Shown piece by piece: positions 36,604 through 45,181 of a DNA stretch of 64,000 bases. The notes below the pieces were generated by a model. The model had not been told where the DNA came from and searched no databases. It worked only from the letters and a program-made list of their open reading frames with translations. How positions within the stretch are numbered: the stretch's first letter is position 1; each line of letters starts with the position of its first letter. The translations under genes and the position numbers were made by a program. Source of the stretch: Polyangia bacterium (GTDB lineage: Bacteria; Myxococcota_A; Polyangia; Fen-1088); assembly GCA_035607055.1 (NCBI GenBank), contig DATNDC010000232.1:1913-65912 (forward strand). Reading direction: 5' to 3'.

Positions 36604-37737
36604 ATGGCGTTCCTGGCGCTCATGGCGCTCGCGCAGGCGAGCCCGTCCGTGTCGGTGCCGGTCCGCGTCGAGTTCGAAGCGCCGGCCGGCTGCGCCGACG
36701 CCGAGGCCTTCGTCGCCGGCGTGCTGGCGCGGACCAGCCACGTTCACCACGCCCGTCCGGGCGAGAACGCGGTACGCCTCGCCGTCCACCTGACCCGCGT
36801 CAACGGGCGGGTGCACGGCGAGCTGCGCGTCACCGTCGCCGGGGGCGAGTCGGAGACCCGGCGGGTCGAGGGCACCTCCTGCGCCGAGGTCGTCCAGGTC
36901 CTGGCGCTGACGGCGGCGCTGGCGATCGATCCGACGGCCGATCTGCGCCCGCCCGCGCCGCCGGAAAGAACGGCCCCGAACCCCGCTCCGGTACGGTCAC
37001 CGGCGGCCGCGTCGCCGCCAGGACCCTTCGGATCGCCGGAGTCGCCGGCTCCCGGTGCCGCGCCGCCCGCGCCTGCCGCGCCGCCCGCTCCCACACCGGA
37101 AGCGCCCCGGCGACCGCCGGAGCAGCCGCCGCCATCTCCGCCGCCCCCCGTCGCCGTGCCACCGGAGCCGGAGGCGACGGTGGTCGCGCCGCCCCGGACC
37201 GTCCCGCGGCCGCCCACCGGTCCGCGCGTCGGCGCCTCGGTCGTGGCGGCTCGCCTGCTCTCGTCCTCGATGGCGCTCGGCGCGTCGGTCTCGGGCCGGT
37301 ATGCGACGGCGACCGCCGGCGGCCTGACGCCCTCGGCGTCGGTGGCGTTCATCTATCTGCGGGGCAACTTCTTCGCGTCGGGAGACGATCTCGGAGTGCG
37401 TTGGGCCGCGCTGGCGGCCACGCTCTGCCCGGGGTGGGGGCTCGGGGACCACCTCCAGGTCGAGCCCTGCGGTCGAGTGACGGCCGGCATGCTCTCGGTC
37501 ACCGACCGCTCGGTCAGCAATCCGCTCACCGCCGATCGCTGGTGGGGGAGCGCCGGGGCGTTGCTTCGGGCGTCGGCGGTCCTCGGCTGGGGGCTCTCCC
37601 TCGATATCGAGGCGGGGGTCGACTTTCCGTTCATCACGCGCCGCTTCATTACGACCACGACCGTTCCAAATCAAGTAGTTGGCGCCACGGCGTCGGTCTG
37701 CCCGGCAGTGTCGGTGGGTCTCTCCCGCGGTCTGTAA
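36604..37737 (+). CDS. secreted protein: N-terminal domain, long Pro-rich linker, putative small beta-barrel
   Basis: Start uncertain (ATG 36604 giving MAFLALMALAQASPS, or GTG 36589). N-domain VRVEFEAPAGCADAEAFVAGVL... ~100 aa Pro/Ala linker. The C-terminal ~190 aa are Gly/Ala/Ser-rich with alternating hydrophobic segments. Same architecture as 18999..20057. Confidence 0.5.
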   Translation: MAFLALMALAQASPSVSVPVRVEFEAPAGCADAEAFVAGVLARTSHVHHARPGENAVRLAVHLTRVNGRVHGELRVTVAGGESETRRVEGTSCAEVVQVLALTAALAIDPTADLRPPAPPERTAPNPAPVRSPAAASPPGPFGSPESPAPGAAPPAPAAPPAPTPEAPRRPPEQPPPSPPPPVAVPPEPEATVVAPPRTVPRPPTGPRVGASVVAARLLSSSMALGASVSGRYATATAGGLTPSASVAFIYLRGNFFASGDDLGVRWAALAATLCPGWGLGDHLQVEPCGRVTAGMLSVTDRSVSNPLTADRWWGSAGALLRASAVLGWGLSLDIEAGVDFPFITRRFITTTTVPNQVVGATASVCPAVSVGLSRGL

Positions 37738-37782
37738 TTTCCGCACAGCCCGCGGTATGATCAGAACCCCTCGGAGCGGGAA

Positions 37783-38442
37783 TTGAGAGTCCGAACCACG
37801 ATGACCACCGCGGCCGTGTTCGATACGCGCGATCTCGATCGCGCGGTTCCGGTCGTGCACGTTCCCCCTCCCGCGACCCCGCGCGAGGCCGGCGTGCGCG
37901 CCGAGCAGACCCGAAACCTGCGCCTGCGCGGGCTGGTCGACACGCACGTCGACTTCGTGGCCCGCGTCCTCCGGAATTCGGGGACGCCGCACGCCGAGAT
38001 CGACGACGAGGTGCAACGGACGTTCATCGTGGCGGCCCGCCGGCTCGACGACATCCGGCCGGGCGCCGAGAAGAGCTTCCTGTTTCGCATCGCCTTCAAC
38101 CTGGCGGCGCACGCGCGGCGGACGGCGGCGCGCCGGCGTGAGGTGGCGGCCGATCAGGCGCCCGAACAAGTTGAAAGATTCGCCACCCCCGAGGCACTCA
38201 CGGATCAGAAACGGATGCGTGAGCTGCTCGACAGCGTCCTCGACCAGATGGACGAGCACCTGCGCGCCACGTTCGTCCTGCACGAGTTCGAGGAGATGAG
38301 CACGGCGGAGATCGCCGAGGTGCTGGGGATCCCGCGGGGGACCGTTGCCTCGCGGTTGCGCCGGGCGCGGGCCGAGTTCCGCGAGCGAGTGGCCGCGCTC
38401 CAGGGGCTCGCGGGGTACGTGGACCGGGAAGGTCAGGGCTAG
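37783..38442 (+). CDS. ECF-type RNA polymerase sigma-70 factor
   Basis: Region 2 (DDEVQRTFIVAARRLDDI...FLFRIAFNLAAHARR) and region 4 (FVLHEFEEMSTAEIAEVLGIPRGTVASRLRRARAEF). Start is TTG 37783 or ATG 37801. Confidence 0.85.
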   Translation: MRVRTTMTTAAVFDTRDLDRAVPVVHVPPPATPREAGVRAEQTRNLRLRGLVDTHVDFVARVLRNSGTPHAEIDDEVQRTFIVAARRLDDIRPGAEKSFLFRIAFNLAAHARRTAARRREVAADQAPEQVERFATPEALTDQKRMRELLDSVLDQMDEHLRATFVLHEFEEMSTAEIAEVLGIPRGTVASRLRRARAEFRERVAALQGLAGYVDREGQG

Positions 38443-38446
38443 AGCG

Positions 38447-39214
38447 ATGCGAGATACGAGAGAGCCGTTGCGCTTGCGCGACGAGGGGTCGAGCGCGCTG
38501 GAGCGCGCGCTGCTCGACGCGGGATCGTCGTATCGCGGCTCGTCGTCGGCGCGGGCCAAGACGCTGGCCGCGCTGGGGATGGCGGGCTCGGCGACGCTGC
38601 TGGCGGGCGCGGCGCAGGCAGCAGCGCCCTCGGGGATGCTGGCCAAGTTGGCCAATGTCACCTGGAGCAAGCTGCTGGCGGCCGTATCGATCGTCGGGGC
38701 CGCGGCCGCGGTCCCCAGCTACTACGCCTGGCAGCGGCATCAGACGGCCCTGCACGGCCGAGCCACCTCGAGCGTGGTGGCCGCCCGGCAGGTCGATTGG
38801 CCGGCGGCTGCGCCGCCGGTTGGCCCTGCGTCTGCACCGTCCCCGGTCACCGGCGCCGCCGCGCCGGTCGCGCTTGCCATGCCGACGGCCGCGAACACGG
38901 CGGACGAGATACCTGCGCGCGTGTCGCACCCCGGGGCGCGAGGCGGGGCGACGCTGGCGCACGAGCTTTCGACGCTGGACGCCGCGCGCGGGATGCTGGC
39001 GCGCGGAGACGCCGCCGCGGCGCTGGCGCGGCTCGACGGCTACGCCCGCCGTTACCCGCACGGTCGCCTGGGCCTCGAGGCCGAGGTGCTGCGGATCGAC
39101 GCGCTCGAGGCGAGCGGCCGGCCCGACGCGGCGCACGCCCGCGCGGAGGCGTTCCTGGCGCGCCACCCGCACAGCGTGCTGGCGGCGCGGGTTCGCGCCC
39201 ACCTCGCCGACTAA
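38447..39214 (+). CDS. transmembrane anti-sigma factor with C-terminal TPR-like helical module
   Basis: Starts 4 nt after the sigma stop. One TM segment (LAALGMAGSATLLAGAA). The C-terminus YARRYPHGRLGLEAEVLRIDALEASGRPDAAHARAEAFLARHPHSVLAARV parallels the C-terminus of the FecR-like protein at 17719..19002. Confidence 0.65.
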   Translation: MRDTREPLRLRDEGSSALERALLDAGSSYRGSSSARAKTLAALGMAGSATLLAGAAQAAAPSGMLAKLANVTWSKLLAAVSIVGAAAAVPSYYAWQRHQTALHGRATSSVVAARQVDWPAAAPPVGPASAPSPVTGAAAPVALAMPTAANTADEIPARVSHPGARGGATLAHELSTLDAARGMLARGDAAAALARLDGYARRYPHGRLGLEAEVLRIDALEASGRPDAAHARAEAFLARHPHSVLAARVRAHLAD

Positions 39215-39228
39215 TGTAATCTTCTGCC

Positions 39229-40461
39229 ATGTCCCGGCAGCTGGCGCTGGCTTGTGTCCTGGCCACGCTGGTACTTGCCGCCTGCGGCTCGACCACCGAC
39301 TCGCTCGGCTACGACGACACCGAGAGCAAGACGCTGCACCCGCTGACCGGCCCGGCGTCGTACCCGAACCCGTTCCGGGATCTGCTGGGCGAGACCGACA
39401 CGGACATCAACAACAAGATCAACAACGTCTTCAATACGTTGTTTCACGGCTCGCCGTCACAGGCCTTCTACGTGACGATGGGCGACGACCAGGCGTACAT
39501 CGAGGACACGCTCCACGGAGACGTCCGCACCGAGGGGATCGGCCTCGGCATGATGATCTGCGTGGAGATGAACAAAGAGCCCGAGTTCGACAAGCTCTGG
39601 ACCTACGCCAAGCAAGTGATGGAGGTCCAGAGCGGCCCCAACGCCGGCTACTTCAACTCCTCCTGCAACGACCCCAACGACAACCCCGTCCCCTGCCTCG
39701 ATCCCTACGGCTTCGAGCAGTTCGTGACCGCGCTGATCTTCGCCAACGACCGCTGGACGAGCGTGGGGACGGTCGACTACGCGGCCGACGCGCTGGCGCT
39801 GTTTCACACGCTGCGCCACAAGGTCGACGACAACGGCGGCGTCGTCGACGGCGTCACCGACCTGTTCGACGCAGGCACGACCTTACCCCTCGACGTTCCC
39901 AACGTCTCGGCGGCCGGGGTGACGCGCCCGTCGCTGGTGATGCCCGGCTACTACACGTTCTGGGCGATGGCCGACGCCGACCCGACCTGGTCGAAGGCGG
40001 CCACGGTCGGCCGGGCCTTCTGGCAGGCGACCGCCAACACGACCACCGGCTTCATGCCCGTGCGCGCCAGTTTCACGGGTACGCCGGTCTCCGGCTGGGC
40101 GAAGTTCGATCCTGAGGGGTACCGCGCGCAGATCAACGTGGCGATCGATCAGATCTGGACGGGGGGCGACGCCTGGAACGTCAGCAACGCCAACCAGCTC
40201 CTCGCGTTCTTCACCGGGCAAGGGACGAACTACGGCCGGATCTTCAGCCTCGACGGGACGACGGTCGAAGACCCGAGCCACGATCCGTCGCTGGTGGTCG
40301 CCAACGGAACCGCCGCGCTGGTGTCGACCAACATGGACCGCTCGAGCTACGTGAGCGCGGTCTGGAACCTGGACATCCCCACCGGCAATGCCCGGTATTA
40401 CTCGGGGATCCTCTACATGATTTCCCTGCTGACGCTGAGCGGCCAGTTCCAAGTGTATTGA
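39229..40461 (+). CDS. GH8 glycoside hydrolase (Rex/endoglucanase-type), lipoprotein
   Basis: Lipobox LVLAACGS. TEGIGLGMM resembles the GH8 catalytic-Glu region (SEGxxYGM). ~400 aa. Starts 14 nt after the anti-sigma stop. Family call from memory. Confidence 0.6.
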   Translation: MSRQLALACVLATLVLAACGSTTDSLGYDDTESKTLHPLTGPASYPNPFRDLLGETDTDINNKINNVFNTLFHGSPSQAFYVTMGDDQAYIEDTLHGDVRTEGIGLGMMICVEMNKEPEFDKLWTYAKQVMEVQSGPNAGYFNSSCNDPNDNPVPCLDPYGFEQFVTALIFANDRWTSVGTVDYAADALALFHTLRHKVDDNGGVVDGVTDLFDAGTTLPLDVPNVSAAGVTRPSLVMPGYYTFWAMADADPTWSKAATVGRAFWQATANTTTGFMPVRASFTGTPVSGWAKFDPEGYRAQINVAIDQIWTGGDAWNVSNANQLLAFFTGQGTNYGRIFSLDGTTVEDPSHDPSLVVANGTAALVSTNMDRSSYVSAVWNLDIPTGNARYYSGILYMISLLTLSGQFQVY

Positions 40462-40474
40462 TCGGCGGGCGGGC

Positions 40475-43400
40475 CTACCGCACGCCGCCCGGGACGAGCA
40501 TGCGGGCCAGGGCCCGGGGCGCCTTGGCGCCGTTGTCGCGCATCCAGGCCTCGCCGGCGGCGGCGATCTCCGGGTCGCCGCCCAGCTCGGCGGCCGCCAT
40601 CTGGGCGGCGGCCTTGAAGAGCTCGAGCCTTTGCGCGCCGGTCTCCGCGATGGCGCGCCGGAGCCAGTCGGCCGCCGGGCCGGTCCTTCCCTCGACCTGC
40701 TCGATGCCGGCGTAGAGCAGGGCGCCGAGGGCGCTGGCCCAGCCGCCGCCGCGCGCCAGACGCGCGGCGCATTCGCGGGCCAAGCGCAGGCGGGCGGCGC
40801 GCTCGGTCCCCTGGGCGGCGAGGCTCCCCGCCAGGGCGGCGCGTCCCCGCAGGTGGACGGCGACGGTGCGTGTGTGCTGCATCTGCAGGAGCAACGAGCG
40901 ACGCAAGGGCGGCCACCCCTCGACGAGACGCCGGTGTGCGCCCTCGCCGTCGCCTTCGTAGAGATCGATCTGCGTCTCGGCGATGAGATCGTACCAGTGC
41001 TGGATGTGGTAGCCGCGCGCCGACCAGGCGGCCATCGCCTCGCGCGCCTCGCGCCGCGCGCGCGCCGGATCGTCACCCAGCAGCCAGACGGCGTTGGAGA
41101 GGCCGATCCGCAGCGTGGTGGCGGCGTAGACCGAGCCGCGATCGTTCGCCTCCTTGAGCCCGTCGGCGGCCTCGGCGCGGAAGCGATCGAGCGCGCCCAG
41201 GTAGTAGAAGCACTCGAGGGTAAAGTGCCGAACGGCGTTCAGCTCCCAAGCTGTGCCCACGCAGCGGTCGCGGAAGATCCGCTCGGCGGTCGCCAGGTGA
41301 GCGACCGCATCGGCGAACCGGCCGCCCAGGTGCGCGCTGAGGCCGCTCATCAGCGAGACGATGCCGGTGGCGTGCGGGTGCTGGAGGTCGGCGGCGATGG
41401 CGGCGGCCTCGGCGAGCAGCTTCTGCGCGCGCTGGCCGTTCCCTTGCGCCGCCGCGTAGGCCGCCTCGCCGGCGATCCCGCGCGCGACGCGGTAGGGCTC
41501 GCCGAGCGCCAGCGCGAGCCGCAGGCTGCGCACCTGGAAGTGTGCCCCCTGCACCGGATCCATGAGGCCGAGCCCGGAGGAGATCGACCAGCAGAGATCG
41601 GTGCGGGCCAGCTCGCGGGGCGCGATCTCCTCGGCGTTTCGGCGCTTGAACCGGCGCCCACGCAGCGCGAGCGCGGCGCGCTGGGCGATGAGCGCGCGGA
41701 CCGGCGAGCGGGCGAACGCCAGCCCGGCGGCGGCCAGCGCCTCATCGGCGACGGCGCGCCCCTCGTCGAGGTGGCCGCTGCGAATCAGCTCCTCGGTGCC
41801 GCGCCGCCGCAGATCCAGCGCCTGGGCCGGGCCGGCGGTGCGCGCGGCGGCCAGGTAGTTGGGGGCAGCCTCGGCGCCGCGCCCCACGTTGGCCAGCGCG
41901 TCGCCGAGCCCCACCTGCATCTCGCGCCGCTGCTCCTCGGACCAGTTCCCGAGCGCCAGCGCGTCGGTGAAGCAGACGATGGCCCGATCGAAGGCCAGCG
42001 CCTCCGCCGCCCGGCGCGCCGCCGTCGCGAAGTGGACGGCCGCCCGGTCGGGGTGGCCTGCCTCGCGCCAGTGGCTGCCGGCGCGCAGCGGGTTGCTGGC
42101 GTCCTCGAACGCCTCGGCGAGCTTCTCGTGCAGCTCGCGGGCGGCGGCGCTGGAGGTCGACTGGCGCGCCACCTGGCGGATCCGGTCGTGCGTGAAGTCG
42201 AGCAGCTCGTCGCCGCGCTCGGTCGCCGTGTAGACCAGGCGCGCGGCGCGCAGCTCGTCGAGCATGCGCACCGCGGTCGGCCCGTCGAGATCGCCCAGGC
42301 GGCGCAGCATGCGGACCGGCGTGGGCGCGCCGGAGATCGCCAGCGTGCGCAGCACCCGCACCGTCGGGTCGGGGAACGACTCCATCTGGGCGCGCAGCAC
42401 GCTGTCGAGCGTGAGGTGCGCGCCGTTGCCGCGCCGGAGGTGCGCGGTGCGCGCCAGCTCGTAGAGAAACAGCGGGTGCCCGGCCGATTCGCGCGCCAGG
42501 AGCTGGGCGCCCCGATCGGCATCGTCGCCCCCGCCCGGCAGGAGCAGCTCGCGGGCCAGCTCGCGCGCCGAATCGCCATCGAGGTTCGTCAGGGCCAGCT
42601 GCTCCTCGGTGACGTCGCCGGCCAGCAGGCGCCCGCCCCCGTCGTCGCCGCCCGTCGTGCGCAGCGTGCCGACCAGGAGGAGGCGCGGCGCCTCGGGCGG
42701 GCGCAGCACCTCCGAGAGCAGCGCCCGGGAGTCGGCGTCGGCCCACTGCAGGTCGTCGACGTAGGCGACGATGGGCGCCCGTTCGCCCAGCGCGCGCAGG
42801 AGCTGCCGGAACACGGCGAACATCGAGGTGCGGACCTCGCGCGGGTCGGGGCCGACGTACTGATGCGGGGCGTGGGCGATGAGCGGGATGCGCCCGAGGA
42901 CTGGGAACGCCTGCAGCAGGACGGCGGCGCGGTCGGGGACGATCCGCGAGAGCGTCTCGGGATCGAGCTGGCGCAGCAGACCGGTGAGGACGTCGACCAG
43001 GCCGTCGACCGCCTTGAAGGGCAGGAGCTCACGCTCGTAGCAGCGGGCGGTGAGCAGGATCGGCGGCGCGTGCTCGTCGCGCTCGAGGCGCGTGTCGAGG
43101 CGCTTGTCGAGGCGCGTGTCGAGGCGCGTGTCGAGGCGCGTGTCGAGGAAGGCCCGCACCAGCGCCGACTTCCCCACCCCCGACTCGCCGCGAACGATGA
43201 GCACGCGCGCGCCGTCCCCCTGGCGTACGCTGTCCAGCGCCGCCTCCAACCGATCGAGCTCGCGCGCGCGGCCCACGAAGCGGATCGCCTCGTCACGCGG
43301 AGAGGGCAGGTCGACGGCGCGGCCGGCCGGCGCCGGGGCCAGCGCCGCCAGCACCTCGCCGATCGACGCGCGCGCCTCGGGCTCGCCTTCCAGCAGCCGG

Positions 43401-44284
43401 TCGCAGAGCCGGGCCAGATCCGGCGGGACGCCGGGGGCCATCGCGGCGACGCGCGGCGCGCGGCCGTGCTGCTTGCGATAGAGGATCTCGTGCGGCAGCC
43501 CCTCGAACGGCAGCCGCCCCGTGCAGAGCTCGAACAGGATGACGCCGAAGGCGTACCAGTCGGCGGCGGCGTTCACCGGCTGCATCGCCACCTGCTCGGG
43601 CGCCATGTACTCGGGGGTCCCGGCCCCCGACTGCGTCGTCTCGATCGACGCCGCGCTGACCAGCCCGAAGTCGAGCAGCACGGCGCGCCCCTCGGCCGTC
43701 ACCAGCACGTTCGAGGGTTTGACGTCCCGGTGGACGCAGCCGGCGGCGTGCAGCGCCGACAGCGCGCGCGCCAGTTGCGCCATCACCGGCCGCAAGCGGT
43801 CCTCTCGATAGCTCGGACCGACGGCGCCGACCGGGAGGCCGGTGGCCGGATCGTAGCGGCGGGTCGCCTCGCCGGGCTTCACGATGGGCGTCGGCGCGTC
43901 CGACGCCAGGCGCGGCGTCACCGATGGTCGCCCCGCCGGCTCGACGCCCCGCACGTAGCTCATGAGATCGATCCCCTGCACGAGCTCCATGGTGAAGAAC
44001 CACTGCGACCCCTCGGCCACCAGATCGCCCAGGCGCACCAGGTTGGGGTGACGGACGTCGGCCACCGCCCGGAACTCGCGCTTGAACCGGAGGAGCATCT
44101 CCGGGCTGACCACCGGCAAGAGCTTCAGCGCGACCGGAGCGCCGTTGGCCTCGTCGAAGGCCTCGTAGACGACCCCCATCCCGCCCCGCCCCAAGAAGCG
44201 GACCAGACGAAACCGCGTCGTCCCACGAAACGCGACAGCGCCTAAATCCATCGTGCCCCGCGCGGGCGGGCCGCGCGGCCTCAT
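40475..44284 (-). CDS. Ser/Thr protein kinase fused to P-loop STAND/AAA NTPase and TPR-like C-terminal region (PknK-like)
   Basis: Kinase motifs GRGGMGVVYEA, HRDVKPSNVLV, DFGLV and GTPEYMAPEQ. Walker A GESGVGKSAL. ~800 aa helical repeat region. An alternative start is the Met at 44251. Confidence 0.85.
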   Translation of the reverse strand: MRPRGPPARGTMDLGAVAFRGTTRFRLVRFLGRGGMGVVYEAFDEANGAPVALKLLPVVSPEMLLRFKREFRAVADVRHPNLVRLGDLVAEGSQWFFTMELVQGIDLMSYVRGVEPAGRPSVTPRLASDAPTPIVKPGEATRRYDPATGLPVGAVGPSYREDRLRPVMAQLARALSALHAAGCVHRDVKPSNVLVTAEGRAVLLDFGLVSAASIETTQSGAGTPEYMAPEQVAMQPVNAAADWYAFGVILFELCTGRLPFEGLPHEILYRKQHGRAPRVAAMAPGVPPDLARLCDRLLEGEPEARASIGEVLAALAPAPAGRAVDLPSPRDEAIRFVGRARELDRLEAALDSVRQGDGARVLIVRGESGVGKSALVRAFLDTRLDTRLDTRLDKRLDTRLERDEHAPPILLTARCYERELLPFKAVDGLVDVLTGLLRQLDPETLSRIVPDRAAVLLQAFPVLGRIPLIAHAPHQYVGPDPREVRTSMFAVFRQLLRALGERAPIVAYVDDLQWADADSRALLSEVLRPPEAPRLLLVGTLRTTGGDDGGGRLLAGDVTEEQLALTNLDGDSARELARELLLPGGGDDADRGAQLLARESAGHPLFLYELARTAHLRRGNGAHLTLDSVLRAQMESFPDPTVRVLRTLAISGAPTPVRMLRRLGDLDGPTAVRMLDELRAARLVYTATERGDELLDFTHDRIRQVARQSTSSAAARELHEKLAEAFEDASNPLRAGSHWREAGHPDRAAVHFATAARRAAEALAFDRAIVCFTDALALGNWSEEQRREMQVGLGDALANVGRGAEAAPNYLAAARTAGPAQALDLRRRGTEELIRSGHLDEGRAVADEALAAAGLAFARSPVRALIAQRAALALRGRRFKRRNAEEIAPRELARTDLCWSISSGLGLMDPVQGAHFQVRSLRLALALGEPYRVARGIAGEAAYAAAQGNGQRAQKLLAEAAAIAADLQHPHATGIVSLMSGLSAHLGGRFADAVAHLATAERIFRDRCVGTAWELNAVRHFTLECFYYLGALDRFRAEAADGLKEANDRGSVYAATTLRIGLSNAVWLLGDDPARARREAREAMAAWSARGYHIQHWYDLIAETQIDLYEGDGEGAHRRLVEGWPPLRRSLLLQMQHTRTVAVHLRGRAALAGSLAAQGTERAARLRLARECAARLARGGGWASALGALLYAGIEQVEGRTGPAADWLRRAIAETGAQRLELFKAAAQMAAAELGGDPEIAAAGEAWMRDNGAKAPRALARMLVPGGVR
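43082..43148 (-). repeat. in-frame 12-bp tandem repeat (about 5.5 units) encoding (LDTR)n inside the kinase-STAND gene
   Basis: Plus strand reads ctcgaggcgcgt gtcgaggcgctt gtcgaggcgcgt gtcgaggcgcgt gtcgaggcgcgt gtcgagg. The protein reads FLDTRLDTRLDTRLDKRLDTRLE, starting a few residues after the Walker A helix. Confidence 0.9.
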
Positions 44285-44387
44285 GTCTAACGCGGCTGCC
44301 CCGGCGCGTCCAGCCGATGTAGGCTGTCGGCTCGCGCGGGCGGGAAAATCAAGGCTGGTTCGACGTTCTCATTTGCGGAGAGCACGC

Positions 44388-45140
44388 ATGTCCCTCGTTC
44401 CCCAGCTGGCTTCGATTGACGATTTGCTCAAGGGACGTTGCGGCGAGGTGGCCGCGGGGGACGTGCTGGCGTTCAACGGCGTGTCGACGGTCGACACGTT
44501 CATCCAGGGGGCGACCAAATCGGGGATCTCACATGTCGCGATCCTGATGCGCGGGCAACCCGGCGGGCCGCTCCTGGTGCTGGAGGCGACCGGGCTCGGC
44601 GTCACGCTGACGCCACTCGCCGAGTCGCTCCAGAAGTACAAGGACGATCACACCTGCTTCTACCTCCCCCTCGCGCCCCGGAGCCGCGCGCGCGTGGTCG
44701 TCGACAAGCTGGCCGCCTACTACGACAAGAACGCCTTCGACAGGTACAACTACGACGGCGTCGTCGAAGCCGGCATCTACGATCTCGACCACCCGCTGTT
44801 CAAATCGTTTCTCCACGCTTTTCACGGCCGGTCGCTCTTCTCGCGCCTCGCGCGCTGGTGGTACCGGCTGCTCGGGCGGATGTCGCGCGTCTGGGCCGAG
44901 GTGATCGCGCGCCACCCGAACACGCGGCGGCTCTTCTGCTCGCAGCTCGTCACCGAGGTGTTGCAGACGGTCGAGGTGGTCGAAGTTCCCCCCCGGGCCC
45001 ACCTGGTCGTTCCGGTCGAGGTCTGCTGGTTCGACATCTACGCCGGCGCCTTCCAGCTCAATGGTCCCCAGCTGCTGTCCGACCCCTTCCGCTGGGGCGA
45101 CGCGCCGGCGGCCGAGGCCGACCACGCGCCCCGACCGTAA
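44388..45140 (+). CDS. permuted papain-like (NlpC/P60 superfamily, YiiX/DUF830-like) enzyme
   Basis: The ATG at 44388 has GGAGAG 6 nt upstream. His-first then Cys order: GISHVAILM ... FCSQLVTEVL, as in YiiX-type permuted papain folds. Family call from memory. Confidence 0.5.
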   Translation: MSLVPQLASIDDLLKGRCGEVAAGDVLAFNGVSTVDTFIQGATKSGISHVAILMRGQPGGPLLVLEATGLGVTLTPLAESLQKYKDDHTCFYLPLAPRSRARVVVDKLAAYYDKNAFDRYNYDGVVEAGIYDLDHPLFKSFLHAFHGRSLFSRLARWWYRLLGRMSRVWAEVIARHPNTRRLFCSQLVTEVLQTVEVVEVPPRAHLVVPVEVCWFDIYAGAFQLNGPQLLSDPFRWGDAPAAEADHAPRP

Positions 45141-45181
45141 CCGCCGGCGCCGGCGATCGTAGACTGAGATAGGAGGTCGCC

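Noticed and set aside
40631-44245. 1204-aa ORF on the plus strand opposite the kinase-STAND gene
   Set aside because: It mirrors a gene with unambiguous kinase and Walker A motifs. Its own sequence has no recognisable domain and the usual Arg/Gly/Ala/Pro bias of antisense frames.
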